Both the position numbers and the translations under genes were made by a program. Shown one piece after another: positions 1-9,580 of a DNA stretch of 64,000 nucleotides. The notes beneath the pieces are model-generated. The model saw nothing but the letters and a program-made list of their open reading frames with translations, was not told the DNA's origin and did not search any database. The first letter of the stretch is position 1, and every line of letters begins with the position of its first letter. The stretch is from Candidatus Nanoarchaeia archaeon. Its GTDB lineage: Archaea > Nanobdellota > Nanobdellia > SCGC-AAA011-G17 > GW2011-AR17. The stretch covers positions 7,008 to 71,007 of the forward strand of contig JAQTVM010000007.1 of assembly GCA_028706745.1 (NCBI GenBank), written 5' to 3'.

Positions 1-416
1 TGCTCCCTTGAATACTGCCGGTAAAGCTCAGGGTCAAACCCGTACAGGGCAATTGATTTTTTGTTTATTGATTTTGCCATTGTAATCGCGGCGGGCTCAA
101 AATCAGTCACAATTATGTCCGGATTGAACTTCTTTATCTCTTTCTTAAGCCTAAAAGTCGTGAAAAGCCACACAAACGGCAGCATATAATTGTTTGCAAT
201 GAAAGAGCCGAGCGTAAACCTCATTTCCCTGCCCGGCATCCTGTATCCTGATATCTTGATTGTCCTGTACTTGCCTTTAAAGTAATCTAAAGAACAGTCA
301 TAGCCTGCAATAAGAAACTTTGCTTCAGGCTCCTTCTTAAGTATTTCATCAATGACAGCGTGCACTCTTGTAGCGTCCCCGTATCCGATGCCTGTCACGA
401 AAAATAATATCCTCAC
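1..416 (-). CDS. glycosyltransferase, N-terminal part only (gene runs off window start; GTG start at 414-416)
   Basis: minus-strand translation from 416 reads (M)RILFFVTGIGYGDATRVHAVIDEILKKEPEAKFLIAGYD..., a GT-B-like N-terminal domain; directly abuts the stop of the upstream PIG-L gene (operon-like). Confidence 0.5.
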   Translation of the reverse strand, partial: MRILFFVTGIGYGDATRVHAVIDEILKKEPEAKFLIAGYDCSLDYFKGKYRTIKISGYRMPGREMRFTLGSFIANNYMLPFVWLFTTFRLKKEIKKFNPDIIVTDFEPAAITMAKSINKKSIALYGFDPELYRQYSRE

Positions 417-1058
417 TTATCTCACCTTGTAAAACTTCTCGGCATACTTGCAGCTGTTCTTGCTTCCGTAATATCTTGTCCTGAGCCAAACCGGAATCTT
501 CAAGGCAGAAAGCCACTGCCACTGGCTTGAAAACTGCTTTATGTACTGCATTTTCTTCTTATAATAAGGGGTGATATCGACATACATCACAGGCTTGTTT
601 TCCTTGATAATATTCCATACTTCAAACTCATAAACAGCATATTTTTTCCTTGAAGAATCAATTGCCTTAAGCACATTCCTGTTTACAGCCTGATGGTCAG
701 GATGCGGGTCAATCGAGGAAGTTACAAAAATTCTTTCAGGTACATATTCATTCAAAAGCTGTTTTATTTTATTCACCGCGTTTATCTTTTCAGCATCATC
801 CTTTACTTTTGTGTCGCGCATTCCCCAGAATATTGTCTTTGCAATCCCTATGCTCCTGCTTGCTTTTTCTGTCTCCTCCAGTCTCCTGTTTATGACTATG
901 TGCTCCTGAAAATGCGGATGGCTGCTTTCTCCGAAAGAGAATACCACCTTGATTACCTTAACACCTTCTGCAGCATACTTTGCAATTGCGCCGCCCATTC
1001 CGACTGCCTCATCATCAGAATGCGCGCAAAAAATCAGGATTGTTCTTTCTTTTGGCAT
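417..1058 (-). CDS. PIG-L/LmbE family N-acetylglucosaminyl deacetylase
   Basis: 213-aa ORF; N-terminal motif ILIFCAHSDDEAVGMGG (AHPDDE-like) and His-rich HPDH motif typical of LmbE/PIG-L. Confidence 0.8.
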   Translation of the reverse strand: MPKERTILIFCAHSDDEAVGMGGAIAKYAAEGVKVIKVVFSFGESSHPHFQEHIVINRRLEETEKASRSIGIAKTIFWGMRDTKVKDDAEKINAVNKIKQLLNEYVPERIFVTSSIDPHPDHQAVNRNVLKAIDSSRKKYAVYEFEVWNIIKENKPVMYVDITPYYKKKMQYIKQFSSQWQWLSALKIPVWLRTRYYGSKNSCKYAEKFYKVR

Positions 1059-1100
1059 GCAATAATAAACGAGTTTTATGTTTAAATAGATAACTGCAAC

Positions 1101-2087
1101 CTATGCCAGGATAATATCCTCGCAGCAATAGCCTTTTTTCTGCAATTCATCCCTTATCATGCCCTGCCTTACAATATCTTTCTCAAGAAGCTCTGCCCAA
1201 AGGCAGATATCCGCAAATATTGACGGAAACCCCTTTCTGCTTATTTCCGCAATAGTCGGACCAAGCGAATAAAAAAGAGGAGTAAGAATATCAGGCTCAA
1301 GCCTCTGCTTAAGGTAAAAGCAGGCTTCAATTGTCCTGTCAAGCCCTGCAAAAACAGGCTTCACTGAATTTTTCAGCTTTCTCTTTCTTAATGAAGATGC
1401 AGGCCAGCTATTATTGGCAAAGGAGCATATTGTTTTTATCTCAGCATTCCAGTAATTTGTCTTAAGCGTTTTTTTCAGGGATTCCTTTTCCCAGTTATCT
1501 ATTATGTAAGCGTGCATCTCATCAATAAACGTGTATTCGCATCTTGCCCTTAATTCATCATCAGAATAATTTATTTGCGCGCCATAACTGTCAATAAAAC
1601 AGCAGTTGCTTGAATAAAGCTGCCTGTTTGCATGAATCGCCTCGTGAGCGTATATTCCCTGTCCGCTTCCAAGCGTAAATCCGAATGCGGAATAATCAAG
1701 CTCACGCGGCCAATCCCCTAAAAAATACCCTGCAGGGACAAACATTCCGCAAGCCCACTTTTCCCATTCAAGCTTTTTCAAAAGCGTTTTCCATTTTTTC
1801 TCAGGCAGCACAATGCCGAAAAGAAAGCTCATTATTGCGTGCTTTCTTTCAAACGGCAGATAATTGCTCTCGATGTGCAGGGAAGAATAACCCGAAAAAT
1901 GCCCTGCTTTCAAAACTTTTTTTCCCTTGTACCTGTTCATTGCATCGGCAAACTCCTGAGAGAAATCCTTTGTCAGGGATAATTCGCGCGTGCGATTGAA
2001 CATTTTGCCATAAAGCTGAATAACATCATCCTTATGCTTAAGGTTTTGTTCAATGCAATTGAAAAGCCTTTCTTCAAGCGAAGGCAT
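1101..2087 (-). CDS. hypothetical HEXXH zincin-like protein (tandem paralog 1)
   Basis: 328-aa ORF containing HEAIH; C-terminal ~100 aa alignable by eye with the next ORF (…LRKRKLK…ILTPLFYSLGP…LQKKGYC…). Confidence 0.6.
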   Translation of the reverse strand: MPSLEERLFNCIEQNLKHKDDVIQLYGKMFNRTRELSLTKDFSQEFADAMNRYKGKKVLKAGHFSGYSSLHIESNYLPFERKHAIMSFLFGIVLPEKKWKTLLKKLEWEKWACGMFVPAGYFLGDWPRELDYSAFGFTLGSGQGIYAHEAIHANRQLYSSNCCFIDSYGAQINYSDDELRARCEYTFIDEMHAYIIDNWEKESLKKTLKTNYWNAEIKTICSFANNSWPASSLRKRKLKNSVKPVFAGLDRTIEACFYLKQRLEPDILTPLFYSLGPTIAEISRKGFPSIFADICLWAELLEKDIVRQGMIRDELQKKGYCCEDIILA

Positions 2088-2127
2088 ATAATTTATACGG
2101 GTTAAGCGTATATATACCTTTGCAGGG

Positions 2128-3111
2128 CTAGAACAACGGATTTTCAGGGCAGTAGCCTTTTTTCTGAAGCCTATCCCTTATTGCCGGAATGGATATTCTT
2201 TTTTGCGAAACACACCTTTCCCAAAGCAGGATATCTCCGAAAGGGGAATAGAATCTGCTGTTTTCAATGTCTTCTGAAGCGGGCCCTATTGAAAAAAGCA
2301 AGGGGGCAAGAATATCAGAAGGCAGCTGCTCTTTCAGCTTATAAGCAGAGATGACAGCACATCCAATTGTATTTTTAACAGGCTCAAGAATCTTTTCAAA
2401 CTGCTTTCTTTTTTCAGCTTTCTGCTCATCAGTAATCCCCCTGTAGATTCCTGAAAAAAAATCAAGCTTTGCCTCAAAATAATGCTCTTTTATTGCTTTT
2501 TCAACATTCTCTTTTTTAAAATCCTCGGCAATGAAGCAAAGTATTTCCTCAGTAAAAGAAATCTCTGCCAGTGACTGCCATCTTGAATCAGGATAATCCG
2601 CATCATAGTCAGGCACCAGCCTGTTTCTATAATCCGCAGTGTAAAATCTCCTGTCGCAGTGCATTGCCTCGTGCTTAAACCTGCCTTTCTCCTGCTCAAT
2701 TGCCAGCCCGAATTTGCTTAAGTATAAGCGGTTGTGGTAAAATCCCCTGAAGTTTGAAGGCGTAAAATACAGCCCGCCGTACCATTCCTTGCCGTCAACC
2801 TTGGGCATAAGCGCTGCAAATTTTTCCTTTGGAAGCTCAATGTCAAAAAGGAATGTTTTTATGCCGTGCCTCTGCTCATACTGCTGAACCTCTGTTTTTG
2901 CATGAAGAATTCTCATGCCTTCAAAATCAGACGGAAGAATGCCGTTTCTTTTTTCAGATATGTTAAGCGCAGTGGCAAGCTCATTCTCAAAGTGATTATG
3001 ATATGAATAGTCCCGCATGAAATCTATTGAATTGCCGTATTCCTCAATCACTTCGTCCCTGTGCTTAAGGTTAGCATCAAGGCAGTGCATAAGCTGCTCT
3101 TCAAGGCCCAT
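2128..3111 (-). CDS. hypothetical HEXXH zincin-like protein (tandem paralog 2)
   Basis: 327-aa ORF with HEAMH; N-terminus MGLEEQLMHCLDANLKHRDEV parallels MPSLEERLFNCIEQNLKHKDDV of paralog 1. Confidence 0.6.
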   Translation of the reverse strand: MGLEEQLMHCLDANLKHRDEVIEEYGNSIDFMRDYSYHNHFENELATALNISEKRNGILPSDFEGMRILHAKTEVQQYEQRHGIKTFLFDIELPKEKFAALMPKVDGKEWYGGLYFTPSNFRGFYHNRLYLSKFGLAIEQEKGRFKHEAMHCDRRFYTADYRNRLVPDYDADYPDSRWQSLAEISFTEEILCFIAEDFKKENVEKAIKEHYFEAKLDFFSGIYRGITDEQKAEKRKQFEKILEPVKNTIGCAVISAYKLKEQLPSDILAPLLFSIGPASEDIENSRFYSPFGDILLWERCVSQKRISIPAIRDRLQKKGYCPENPLF

Positions 3112-3161
3112 TTATAGAAAGGTAATGAATTAGAGAATATAAATGTTATTATAAAAAAAAA

Positions 3162-3446
3162 TTATTGCCCTTCAACTTTGGTTTCAAGGCCGCCTAAGGC
3201 AATATCTTTAAGCGCTTTTTGATTTGCGCACAAATTCTTAGAACTTTTGCCGGAAATATATCCACCTATAATCCCGGATGCAGCTGCAACAAATGCCCCT
3301 ACATAGTCCCTATTAGAAACGCACTCCAAAGCCAATACAGTGGAACCGCCAATTATCCCAAATCCGACAGCAAGATAAGTTACTGCAGAGTCAATGGCAT
3401 TGTCTATTTTATAAACCAATTTCATTTTTTCTTCATCCATTTTCAT
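3162..3446 (-). CDS. small membrane protein, glycine-zipper-like
   Basis: 94-aa ORF with two hydrophobic G-rich segments (GFGIIGG, GIIGGYISG). Confidence 0.4.
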   Translation of the reverse strand: MKMDEEKMKLVYKIDNAIDSAVTYLAVGFGIIGGSTVLALECVSNRDYVGAFVAAASGIIGGYISGKSSKNLCANQKALKDIALGGLETKVEGQ

Positions 3447-3451
3447 TCCCC

Positions 3452-4804
3452 CTAATAATATATCCTTTCCTCTATCGGCTCAAGTGGATAATCCTCGCCC
3501 CTTACCCTTCTGAAGGCAATAAGAAGCCCGACAATAATCAGGATTACAACAAGCCCTATGAAGATTATCTTAAGAGTGTCATCCTCAAGCGAAAAGAAGC
3601 TCTTCTTAACCTCAGGCTCTTCAACGCCGAGCGAAAGCGACAATTCCTTGTAAAGCTTGTCTCCGTTCATTACCCTTAGTGTAAACTGGCTGACCTTCAG
3701 CTCTGCATCTGACTTGGGCTTTGCATAAACATAAACATCCGCCTTCTGCCCGCCCTCGATTGTAAGGGTGCTTGGGTCAATCCTTATGTCAGCAAACAAT
3801 TGCGCGCCTGCCGCTGACAATGTAATGTCCCTTGATTCTGATGCGAGGTTTGAAATTGTAAGCTTGTATGCTGTTTCCCTGCCTATTGCAATGTGCTGAG
3901 ACATTGTGTCAAAAGCAAGCGTAAGCTCCTTTGAAGGGTCAACAGGCTTTGTTTCAATTACAGGAATCTGCGCTCCTTCTTCTTCTTCTTCAACAGCCTC
4001 TGCTTTTGCTTCAACGCCTCTTATGTTTATTGTTGTCCTGACAACCTGTGTATCGCGCTCGTTATTGTATGCAATTCCAACCTCAAGCTCGTATTCTCCT
4101 GAAGCTGCATCTTTTGGAATTGGAAGGTATAAAATTGCTGTCTCGCTGTCTTCCTCATCATCGCCCGGAATCTCGGTTTCAACAAGCTCTATCCACTCAA
4201 CATCATAAACCTTCAGCTTGTCAATTGCAGCAACAACCTTTACATTGTTCTCGTCCCTTGCGCCAATATTCTGAAGCCTTACCTTGACAGTCGCTGTCTG
4301 CCCTGCCTCAACATAAGGTGTTGGAACAACAACACCCTTTATTTCAAGAAGGTGTCTTGAAGGTATTACATTCAAGTTAAGCTGTGTCTCGACAGTAGGC
4401 TCGTTAGCGCTTACTACACGAATAGACAATTTGTAATCTCCTTCCTCCAAATCATTTGGAAGCTCAAGTTCAAGCGTTCTTTGGTATCTTGTCCCCGGAA
4501 TTCCGGGCCTGAGGGTAAACATGCCTGAAGAAACGCGGACATCTTCATCCCCTTCATATCCGCCGATTTCAGCCCAAATTTTTACATCGCATTCACTTGT
4601 AAGAGCTTCGTTTGTCAAAAGCTCAACGCTGATATCCAATGTTGTCCCTCTTTCAACAGAGATATAATCATTATATCCTGCGTTTGAAATGTCATTCACA
4701 GTTACATCGCTAATCCAGAAACCGGATGCGCTTGCTGATACTGCGAAAGCAGATACTATCGCGGCTAAACATAATACCATCATGGCTATTTTTGATTTAT
4801 TCAT
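3452..4804 (-). CDS. secreted cell-surface protein with C-terminal membrane anchor (CARDB/Ig-like repeats likely)
   Basis: 450 aa; N-terminal signal peptide MNKSKIAMMVLCLAAIVSAFAVSASA; acidic linker EEEEEG; C-terminal TM IIFIGLVVILIIVGLLIAF followed by RRVRGED. Confidence 0.7.
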   Translation of the reverse strand: MNKSKIAMMVLCLAAIVSAFAVSASASGFWISDVTVNDISNAGYNDYISVERGTTLDISVELLTNEALTSECDVKIWAEIGGYEGDEDVRVSSGMFTLRPGIPGTRYQRTLELELPNDLEEGDYKLSIRVVSANEPTVETQLNLNVIPSRHLLEIKGVVVPTPYVEAGQTATVKVRLQNIGARDENNVKVVAAIDKLKVYDVEWIELVETEIPGDDEEDSETAILYLPIPKDAASGEYELEVGIAYNNERDTQVVRTTINIRGVEAKAEAVEEEEEGAQIPVIETKPVDPSKELTLAFDTMSQHIAIGRETAYKLTISNLASESRDITLSAAGAQLFADIRIDPSTLTIEGGQKADVYVYAKPKSDAELKVSQFTLRVMNGDKLYKELSLSLGVEEPEVKKSFFSLEDDTLKIIFIGLVVILIIVGLLIAFRRVRGEDYPLEPIEERIYY

Positions 4805-4944
4805 TTTTTACCCCCTAAACCCTGTTTGGGGTTCCGAAACAATAGTGCTCGAAACTTATGTTTCGGCACCCCGAGACGTAGTCTCGATGGTTTCGATACC
4901 CGAATTATTGTTTTTAAGGAACTACGACTGGTTTATAAAGCTTT

Positions 4945-5823
4945 CTAAGCAGTAAGTTTCCCGTTGATAAGAATGGGCAGGCAGTAGCTTTTCCATATCT
5001 GTTTTCCGCCCAAATAAGGCAATAATGGGTGCTCTTTCATCAAAGCCCCCATATCGTGCTTATACTGCTTTGCAAGCATGAAACCTGCCAGCGAAGGGAG
5101 GCGGTAAAGTGTTTCCTTAACATCTTTCTGCCTTTCCTCTTTTGATTTGCCCGGCTGAAAATATGCTTTTGCGTTTATTGTTTCTTCAAGGCAAGGCATG
5201 AATTTGTTCAATTCTTTGCCCAAAAAATGGCTCTGCCCGAAGGGAGGAAAGAACTCATCCATTTCAACAGTAAAATTTTCTATTTCAAGGCATTTTAGGG
5301 CTGAATGAATCTTGTGTCCGAAATAGGATGAATATCCGTTAAAAGAGGCAACACTTTCTTTTTCAACTAAAATCTCATCATCTGCTACCTGCACAATGGA
5401 ATGCGTAACCTCCTCAGGCATTGCAAAAGGATACCACCAGTTGGACAAGGCCTGCCTGTTTAATGCAACCAGATTATAATACCGGCTGTAAGCGCCCATT
5501 GTTTCAATTTTCATAAACTCCACAAATAAGTCATTCTTGCATTCAGGGGAAATTCCTGAAGGCATTGATTTAAATCCTGCAAAAAATTTTGCCTTTCGAA
5601 GAATTGAAGAAAAGATTCCTTTTTTGCCGTCATAATTTATATTGAACACAGCCAAAGCAGGCTTTCCCCTTATATCCTGCCTTGAAAACAATTCAGAAAG
5701 AATTTCCCATTTTTCAGACATGTCCTCATACAATTCCTGTACTGATGCTGTCTTTATGTCCATAGGCGCAGAAATTGAATAAGCATATATAAATCTATTT
5801 CTTAAGCTCTGTAAATCCCTCAA
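4945..5823 (-). CDS. hypothetical protein
   Basis: 292-aa ORF with no recognised motif; overlaps the end of the upstream PIN gene by 29 nt (operon-like). Confidence 0.55.
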   Translation of the reverse strand: MRDLQSLRNRFIYAYSISAPMDIKTASVQELYEDMSEKWEILSELFSRQDIRGKPALAVFNINYDGKKGIFSSILRKAKFFAGFKSMPSGISPECKNDLFVEFMKIETMGAYSRYYNLVALNRQALSNWWYPFAMPEEVTHSIVQVADDEILVEKESVASFNGYSSYFGHKIHSALKCLEIENFTVEMDEFFPPFGQSHFLGKELNKFMPCLEETINAKAYFQPGKSKEERQKDVKETLYRLPSLAGFMLAKQYKHDMGALMKEHPLLPYLGGKQIWKSYCLPILINGKLTA

Positions 5824-6550
5824 GCTTCAGTATTGCGTCTATCTCTTCTGTTGATATTGCGCAGCCCCTTAATCTCAAGCCCCAGAGAACGCCGTCAAGA
5901 ACATTCAGCTTCGGGTCAGCAACATACTTTTCCTCTCCTGAAAGAGCATACCTGTCAAAAAGCCCCATTTCGTATGCAATCACGCCAAGCTCTGAAGAGC
6001 GAAGAACAGGAAGATTGTTTACCTTTTCCTGAAATTTTCTAAGGCTGTCCCTGTTTATTGTAATGGGGGTGTGGAGCTTTACCTCAAGCAGGTCGGCAAG
6101 CTTCTGCGGCTCTTCAATAAGCGTTCTTGTTGTCCTTTCATCAATGACAACTGCGTCAGAGTCAAGCAGCCTTGCCATTGCAATCGCGCCTAACTCCCCT
6201 AAATGCGCTATCTTTATATAATTGCCGCGCGCCATGAAAATTGAGTTTGCAGTTGCAGATAATTCGCTTATCTCCTTCTGCACTTCCTCGTTGTGGTCAA
6301 AGATTTCGATATTGTTTTTTGCAACCTCGGAAAGAACCTGCATTGCCTCCAGCTTGAATCTCTTGGACTGAAGGGGCGTGTCAATAATCTCTGCCTTTAC
6401 AGAGCCGGGAATATAAAAATGCCCCTTGAACTGTTTTTTCAGGTCGCCTATAACCCACAAAAGGCTGTTTGAGGCAAGGCTGATTATTGCGCTTGTGTCA
6501 AACACAAGGCTCCTGTCCCTTGCTTTTAATTTTACTTTCTTCTTTGCCAT
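5795..6550 (-). CDS. PIN-domain protein (DUF3368-like, putative toxin)
   Basis: 251 aa; N-terminal LVFDTSAIISL PIN signature; follows a UPF0175-like gene with a 2-nt gap. Confidence 0.65.
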   Translation of the reverse strand: MAKKKVKLKARDRSLVFDTSAIISLASNSLLWVIGDLKKQFKGHFYIPGSVKAEIIDTPLQSKRFKLEAMQVLSEVAKNNIEIFDHNEEVQKEISELSATANSIFMARGNYIKIAHLGELGAIAMARLLDSDAVVIDERTTRTLIEEPQKLADLLEVKLHTPITINRDSLRKFQEKVNNLPVLRSSELGVIAYEMGLFDRYALSGEEKYVADPKLNVLDGVLWGLRLRGCAISTEEIDAILKLEGFTELKK

Positions 6551-6552
6551 TC

Positions 6553-7242
6553 TTAATCCTGCATATTGAATATTTTTCTTGCAGCCGCAAGCCTGTCGCT
6601 TATCGGCTTTGTCAGCATTGGCATTTCGTCAACCAGCTTTGTCTGCCCGAGATAGTCCATAAGCTCCCACGGGCTTACTCCCATCAGCTCTGCAGCCCTG
6701 CCTACTGACAATCCGTGCGCATAAACAGCAAACCCTTTTTTTATTTTTGCCTTTTCTATCGCCTCTGTGACATAAGTGCCGAATGTTGCATCAATTTTTC
6801 CGATGCTTGCAAGAAGCTCTTTAAGTTCTGCAAGATAAATGTCAAGCTTTTCCTTTTCCAAGGCGGCCTTTGCTTCCTTTAGATTCCTTAAGGTTTCTGC
6901 CTTGAACCTTGTCCAGTCCTTGTCAGAACGTATTTTTTTCTTTTCAACAATCTTTGCAAGGGAGTATATTATGATTGCAACTGACACAGAATAAGAATCC
7001 TGGAATATGCCTGCATAATGAAGAGTGTAATCGCTTATTGACTTAAGCTTGTTTGAGTCAATTGCCGCAAAAGCGCCCTGGGCTTCCTCAAGGGATTCAA
7101 GCATTACTTTCTTTAAATCGCTGTCCAAAATATCAACCTCTTTGATTTTATTATGGCTGGAGATTATATAAGTCTTGCTATTGCCTGAAAATGCTCCGGC
7201 AATTACAAAGCTTTTTAACCTGACGCGGCATATCAAGCACAT
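6553..7242 (-). CDS. protein with C-terminal UPF0175-like HTH (putative antitoxin partner of PIN)
   Basis: 229 aa; C-terminal HGLSVGRAAELMGVSPWELMDYL resembles UPF0175 antitoxin HTH. Confidence 0.55.
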   Translation of the reverse strand: MCLICRVRLKSFVIAGAFSGNSKTYIISSHNKIKEVDILDSDLKKVMLESLEEAQGAFAAIDSNKLKSISDYTLHYAGIFQDSYSVSVAIIIYSLAKIVEKKKIRSDKDWTRFKAETLRNLKEAKAALEKEKLDIYLAELKELLASIGKIDATFGTYVTEAIEKAKIKKGFAVYAHGLSVGRAAELMGVSPWELMDYLGQTKLVDEMPMLTKPISDRLAAARKIFNMQD

Positions 7243-7827
7243 ATGGACATCTACATGTTTAACACAGGCGATAAGTACCGCCTTTATTACAATCCGCTGA
7301 AAACCATTGAAGCAAGAGTTATAGAAGAGCCAAAGAAATATGCGGATTTGGGAGACAGGGTTGAGGATGCGCTTAAGAAATTCGGAAAGCAGGTAAAGAT
7401 AGCATCAAAAAAAATCAACCTGAAAATAAGCAGGGGTAATTCAGGCATATTGTCTGAGGCGGCTTATGCAAAAAACGTAACATTGAATTATGCAGACACT
7501 CTTGACGAAGAATCTGCAAGGCATAGATTCGGCAGGATAGTGAAGAAAGAAACCATGAAAAGCTATGTTATTCTCGGGCTGGGAATTGCAAGCCTGATAG
7601 CAACATACATACCTCCCCTGCTGTTTGTGCCAATGACTTCCTGGATAATAGGCCCGATAATCGGATACCAGATAGCAATGAGAAAAAAATTAAAAAAAGG
7701 GCTGAAAGACATTTCATTTGCCCCGAATCCGGAAGTTTCAAAGCTGGAGAGGATAATCTCGGGGGAAAAAGGGCTCGGGCTGGCTAATTCTGACTTGATT
7801 GAGTACAGGCTTGCAAAAGACTTATAA
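7243..7827 (+). CDS. hypothetical membrane protein
   Basis: 194-aa ORF with a central hydrophobic stretch ILGLGIASLIATYIPPLLFVPMTSWIIGPIIGY. Confidence 0.5.
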   Translation: MDIYMFNTGDKYRLYYNPLKTIEARVIEEPKKYADLGDRVEDALKKFGKQVKIASKKINLKISRGNSGILSEAAYAKNVTLNYADTLDEESARHRFGRIVKKETMKSYVILGLGIASLIATYIPPLLFVPMTSWIIGPIIGYQIAMRKKLKKGLKDISFAPNPEVSKLERIISGEKGLGLANSDLIEYRLAKDL

Positions 7828-7860
7828 ATAAGCTTGGAATCCATTTAATGGGGGTAAAAA

Positions 7861-9003
7861 ATGAAAAAATGCGACATACATGTTCATTCTGAAGGTTCTG
7901 ACATGCTGATTGGAATAAATTTCACAAAGATGTGCGGAGTCAGGGAATGTTATTCAAGCCCTGAAGACATATACAATCTTGCCATTAGCAGAGGCATGGA
8001 CTATGTGACCATCACAGACCATAACAGGATTGACAAGTCAATTTATCTTGTTGAAAAGATTGACAAGAAAAAGTGCTTTACAGGCTGCGAATACACAGTA
8101 AGCTATCCTGAAACAGGGCACAAGCTTGATGTAGTATGCCTGGGGCACACTGAAAAACAGCACAATGACTTGCTGATGCTGAGGAAAACAGGGCTGAAAG
8201 AATTTTTAGCATATGTCCAAGAAAACAAGATACCGCATACCCTTGCACATCCTGCTTGGCCTGTTGAAAACAAGCCCAAGCTTTCTCATGAAGTTGTAAT
8301 TGAATGGATAAACATGTTTAATGTAATTGAAGTGATAAACGCGGACTTAGAGCGCGCAAATGACATTGCAAAAAGGCTTGTAAAGGCAAAAGGTTACAAA
8401 ACTATTGATGAAAAAGGCATGCGCATTTTAGGCACAACAGGCGGAAGCGATGCGCACATTCTCAGCGGGATAGCAAGGGGATACACTGTTGCTCCAAATG
8501 CAAGAAGCAAGGATGGGTTTCTTGAAGCTGTATTGAAAGGAGAGGTGTATGGAGAGGGGGAATACAGCTCGCTTGAATTATTCCACAGCCAGATACAAGA
8601 GGGAATTCACGCATTTGTAAGGCATGAATTTCAAAATATAAAACAAGAGGGGCTAAGGAACTATGCAAAAAAGAATCCTACAAAAGCAGCGTATATAACC
8701 CTGGTACCAATACTCCGGCACATTATTCCTGCAGCAATAGCCAGAAATCTTAAAACAAAGCTTGAAGAGCAGGCTTACTCACTTGAAAAAAAATGCATCG
8801 ATTCAATACTTAATAAGGAGTTCAAGGAAGAAATGATGGGAATATACCAAAGAATTTACGCAAGAAAGAGCGAGCTTGAGGAAAACATAAAAGCGCCCGG
8901 TTATTATCTGCCCCCATTAAGCGGCATATGGGCAACAGTAATAGAGAAAATAAGGGAGAAATGGGATTTGACAAACGCAGATTACAGCACAACCAATGAT
9001 TGA
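7861..9003 (+). CDS. PHP-domain metal-dependent phosphoesterase
   Basis: 380 aa; N-terminal CDIHVHSEGSD (PHP motif I) and further His/Asp motifs (TITDHN, GGSDAH). Confidence 0.75.
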   Translation: MKKCDIHVHSEGSDMLIGINFTKMCGVRECYSSPEDIYNLAISRGMDYVTITDHNRIDKSIYLVEKIDKKKCFTGCEYTVSYPETGHKLDVVCLGHTEKQHNDLLMLRKTGLKEFLAYVQENKIPHTLAHPAWPVENKPKLSHEVVIEWINMFNVIEVINADLERANDIAKRLVKAKGYKTIDEKGMRILGTTGGSDAHILSGIARGYTVAPNARSKDGFLEAVLKGEVYGEGEYSSLELFHSQIQEGIHAFVRHEFQNIKQEGLRNYAKKNPTKAAYITLVPILRHIIPAAIARNLKTKLEEQAYSLEKKCIDSILNKEFKEEMMGIYQRIYARKSELEENIKAPGYYLPPLSGIWATVIEKIREKWDLTNADYSTTND

Positions 9004-9580
9004 CAATAATGAGTTTGCGGAAATTAGAAAGGAATTAAAGCAGTCTGAAGAAAAAAGGGAAGACACAATAAGGAAATCAAGGGACATCATAATGCTTTCA
9101 AAGCAGATTATATATTCTGCGCAGAGAGGGGACTTGAATAAGGCTGAAGCGCTTTGCGCTGAGATAAAAAAGGCAGTTGCTCTGCTTCCGAAAGAATACT
9201 GCGGCACTGACATGGAAAGCGTTGCTGTGCAGGAATATGTTGAAGCTGTCTGCTTTTTTGAATTTGTGAAAAACAAGAAACTCATGACAAGAAAAGAGCT
9301 TTCTGCGGACACTGAGAATTATCTGCTTGGCTTGTGCGACTTGACAGGCGAGCTTGTAAGGCAGGCTGTTAATGCCGCAATCAACAAGAGATATGAAGAA
9401 GCGCTCCAGATAAAAGATTTTGTTTCTGAGATTTACGGCGAGTTTTTGCAGTTTGACTTGAGAGGCGGGCAGTTAAGGAACAAGGCTGACTCAATCAAGT
9501 GGAACCTGAAGAAGCTTGAGGACCTGGCTTTGGGAATTTCAATAAAATCTCCGATTGAGCTTCGTTCTGACAAGGATTAG
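8996..9580 (+). CDS. translin-family nucleic-acid-binding protein
   Basis: 194 aa; translin-like motif YLLGLCDLTGELVRQAVN; start overlaps the PHP gene stop by 8 nt. Confidence 0.65.
   Translation: MIDNNEFAEIRKELKQSEEKREDTIRKSRDIIMLSKQIIYSAQRGDLNKAEALCAEIKKAVALLPKEYCGTDMESVAVQEYVEAVCFFEFVKNKKLMTRKELSADTENYLLGLCDLTGELVRQAVNAAINKRYEEALQIKDFVSEIYGEFLQFDLRGGQLRNKADSIKWNLKKLEDLALGISIKSPIELRSDKD

Noticed and set aside
693-1999. Plus-strand ORFs 693-1085 and 1685-1999
   Set aside because: Antisense to the PIG-L gene and to HEXXH paralog 1; no supporting signals.
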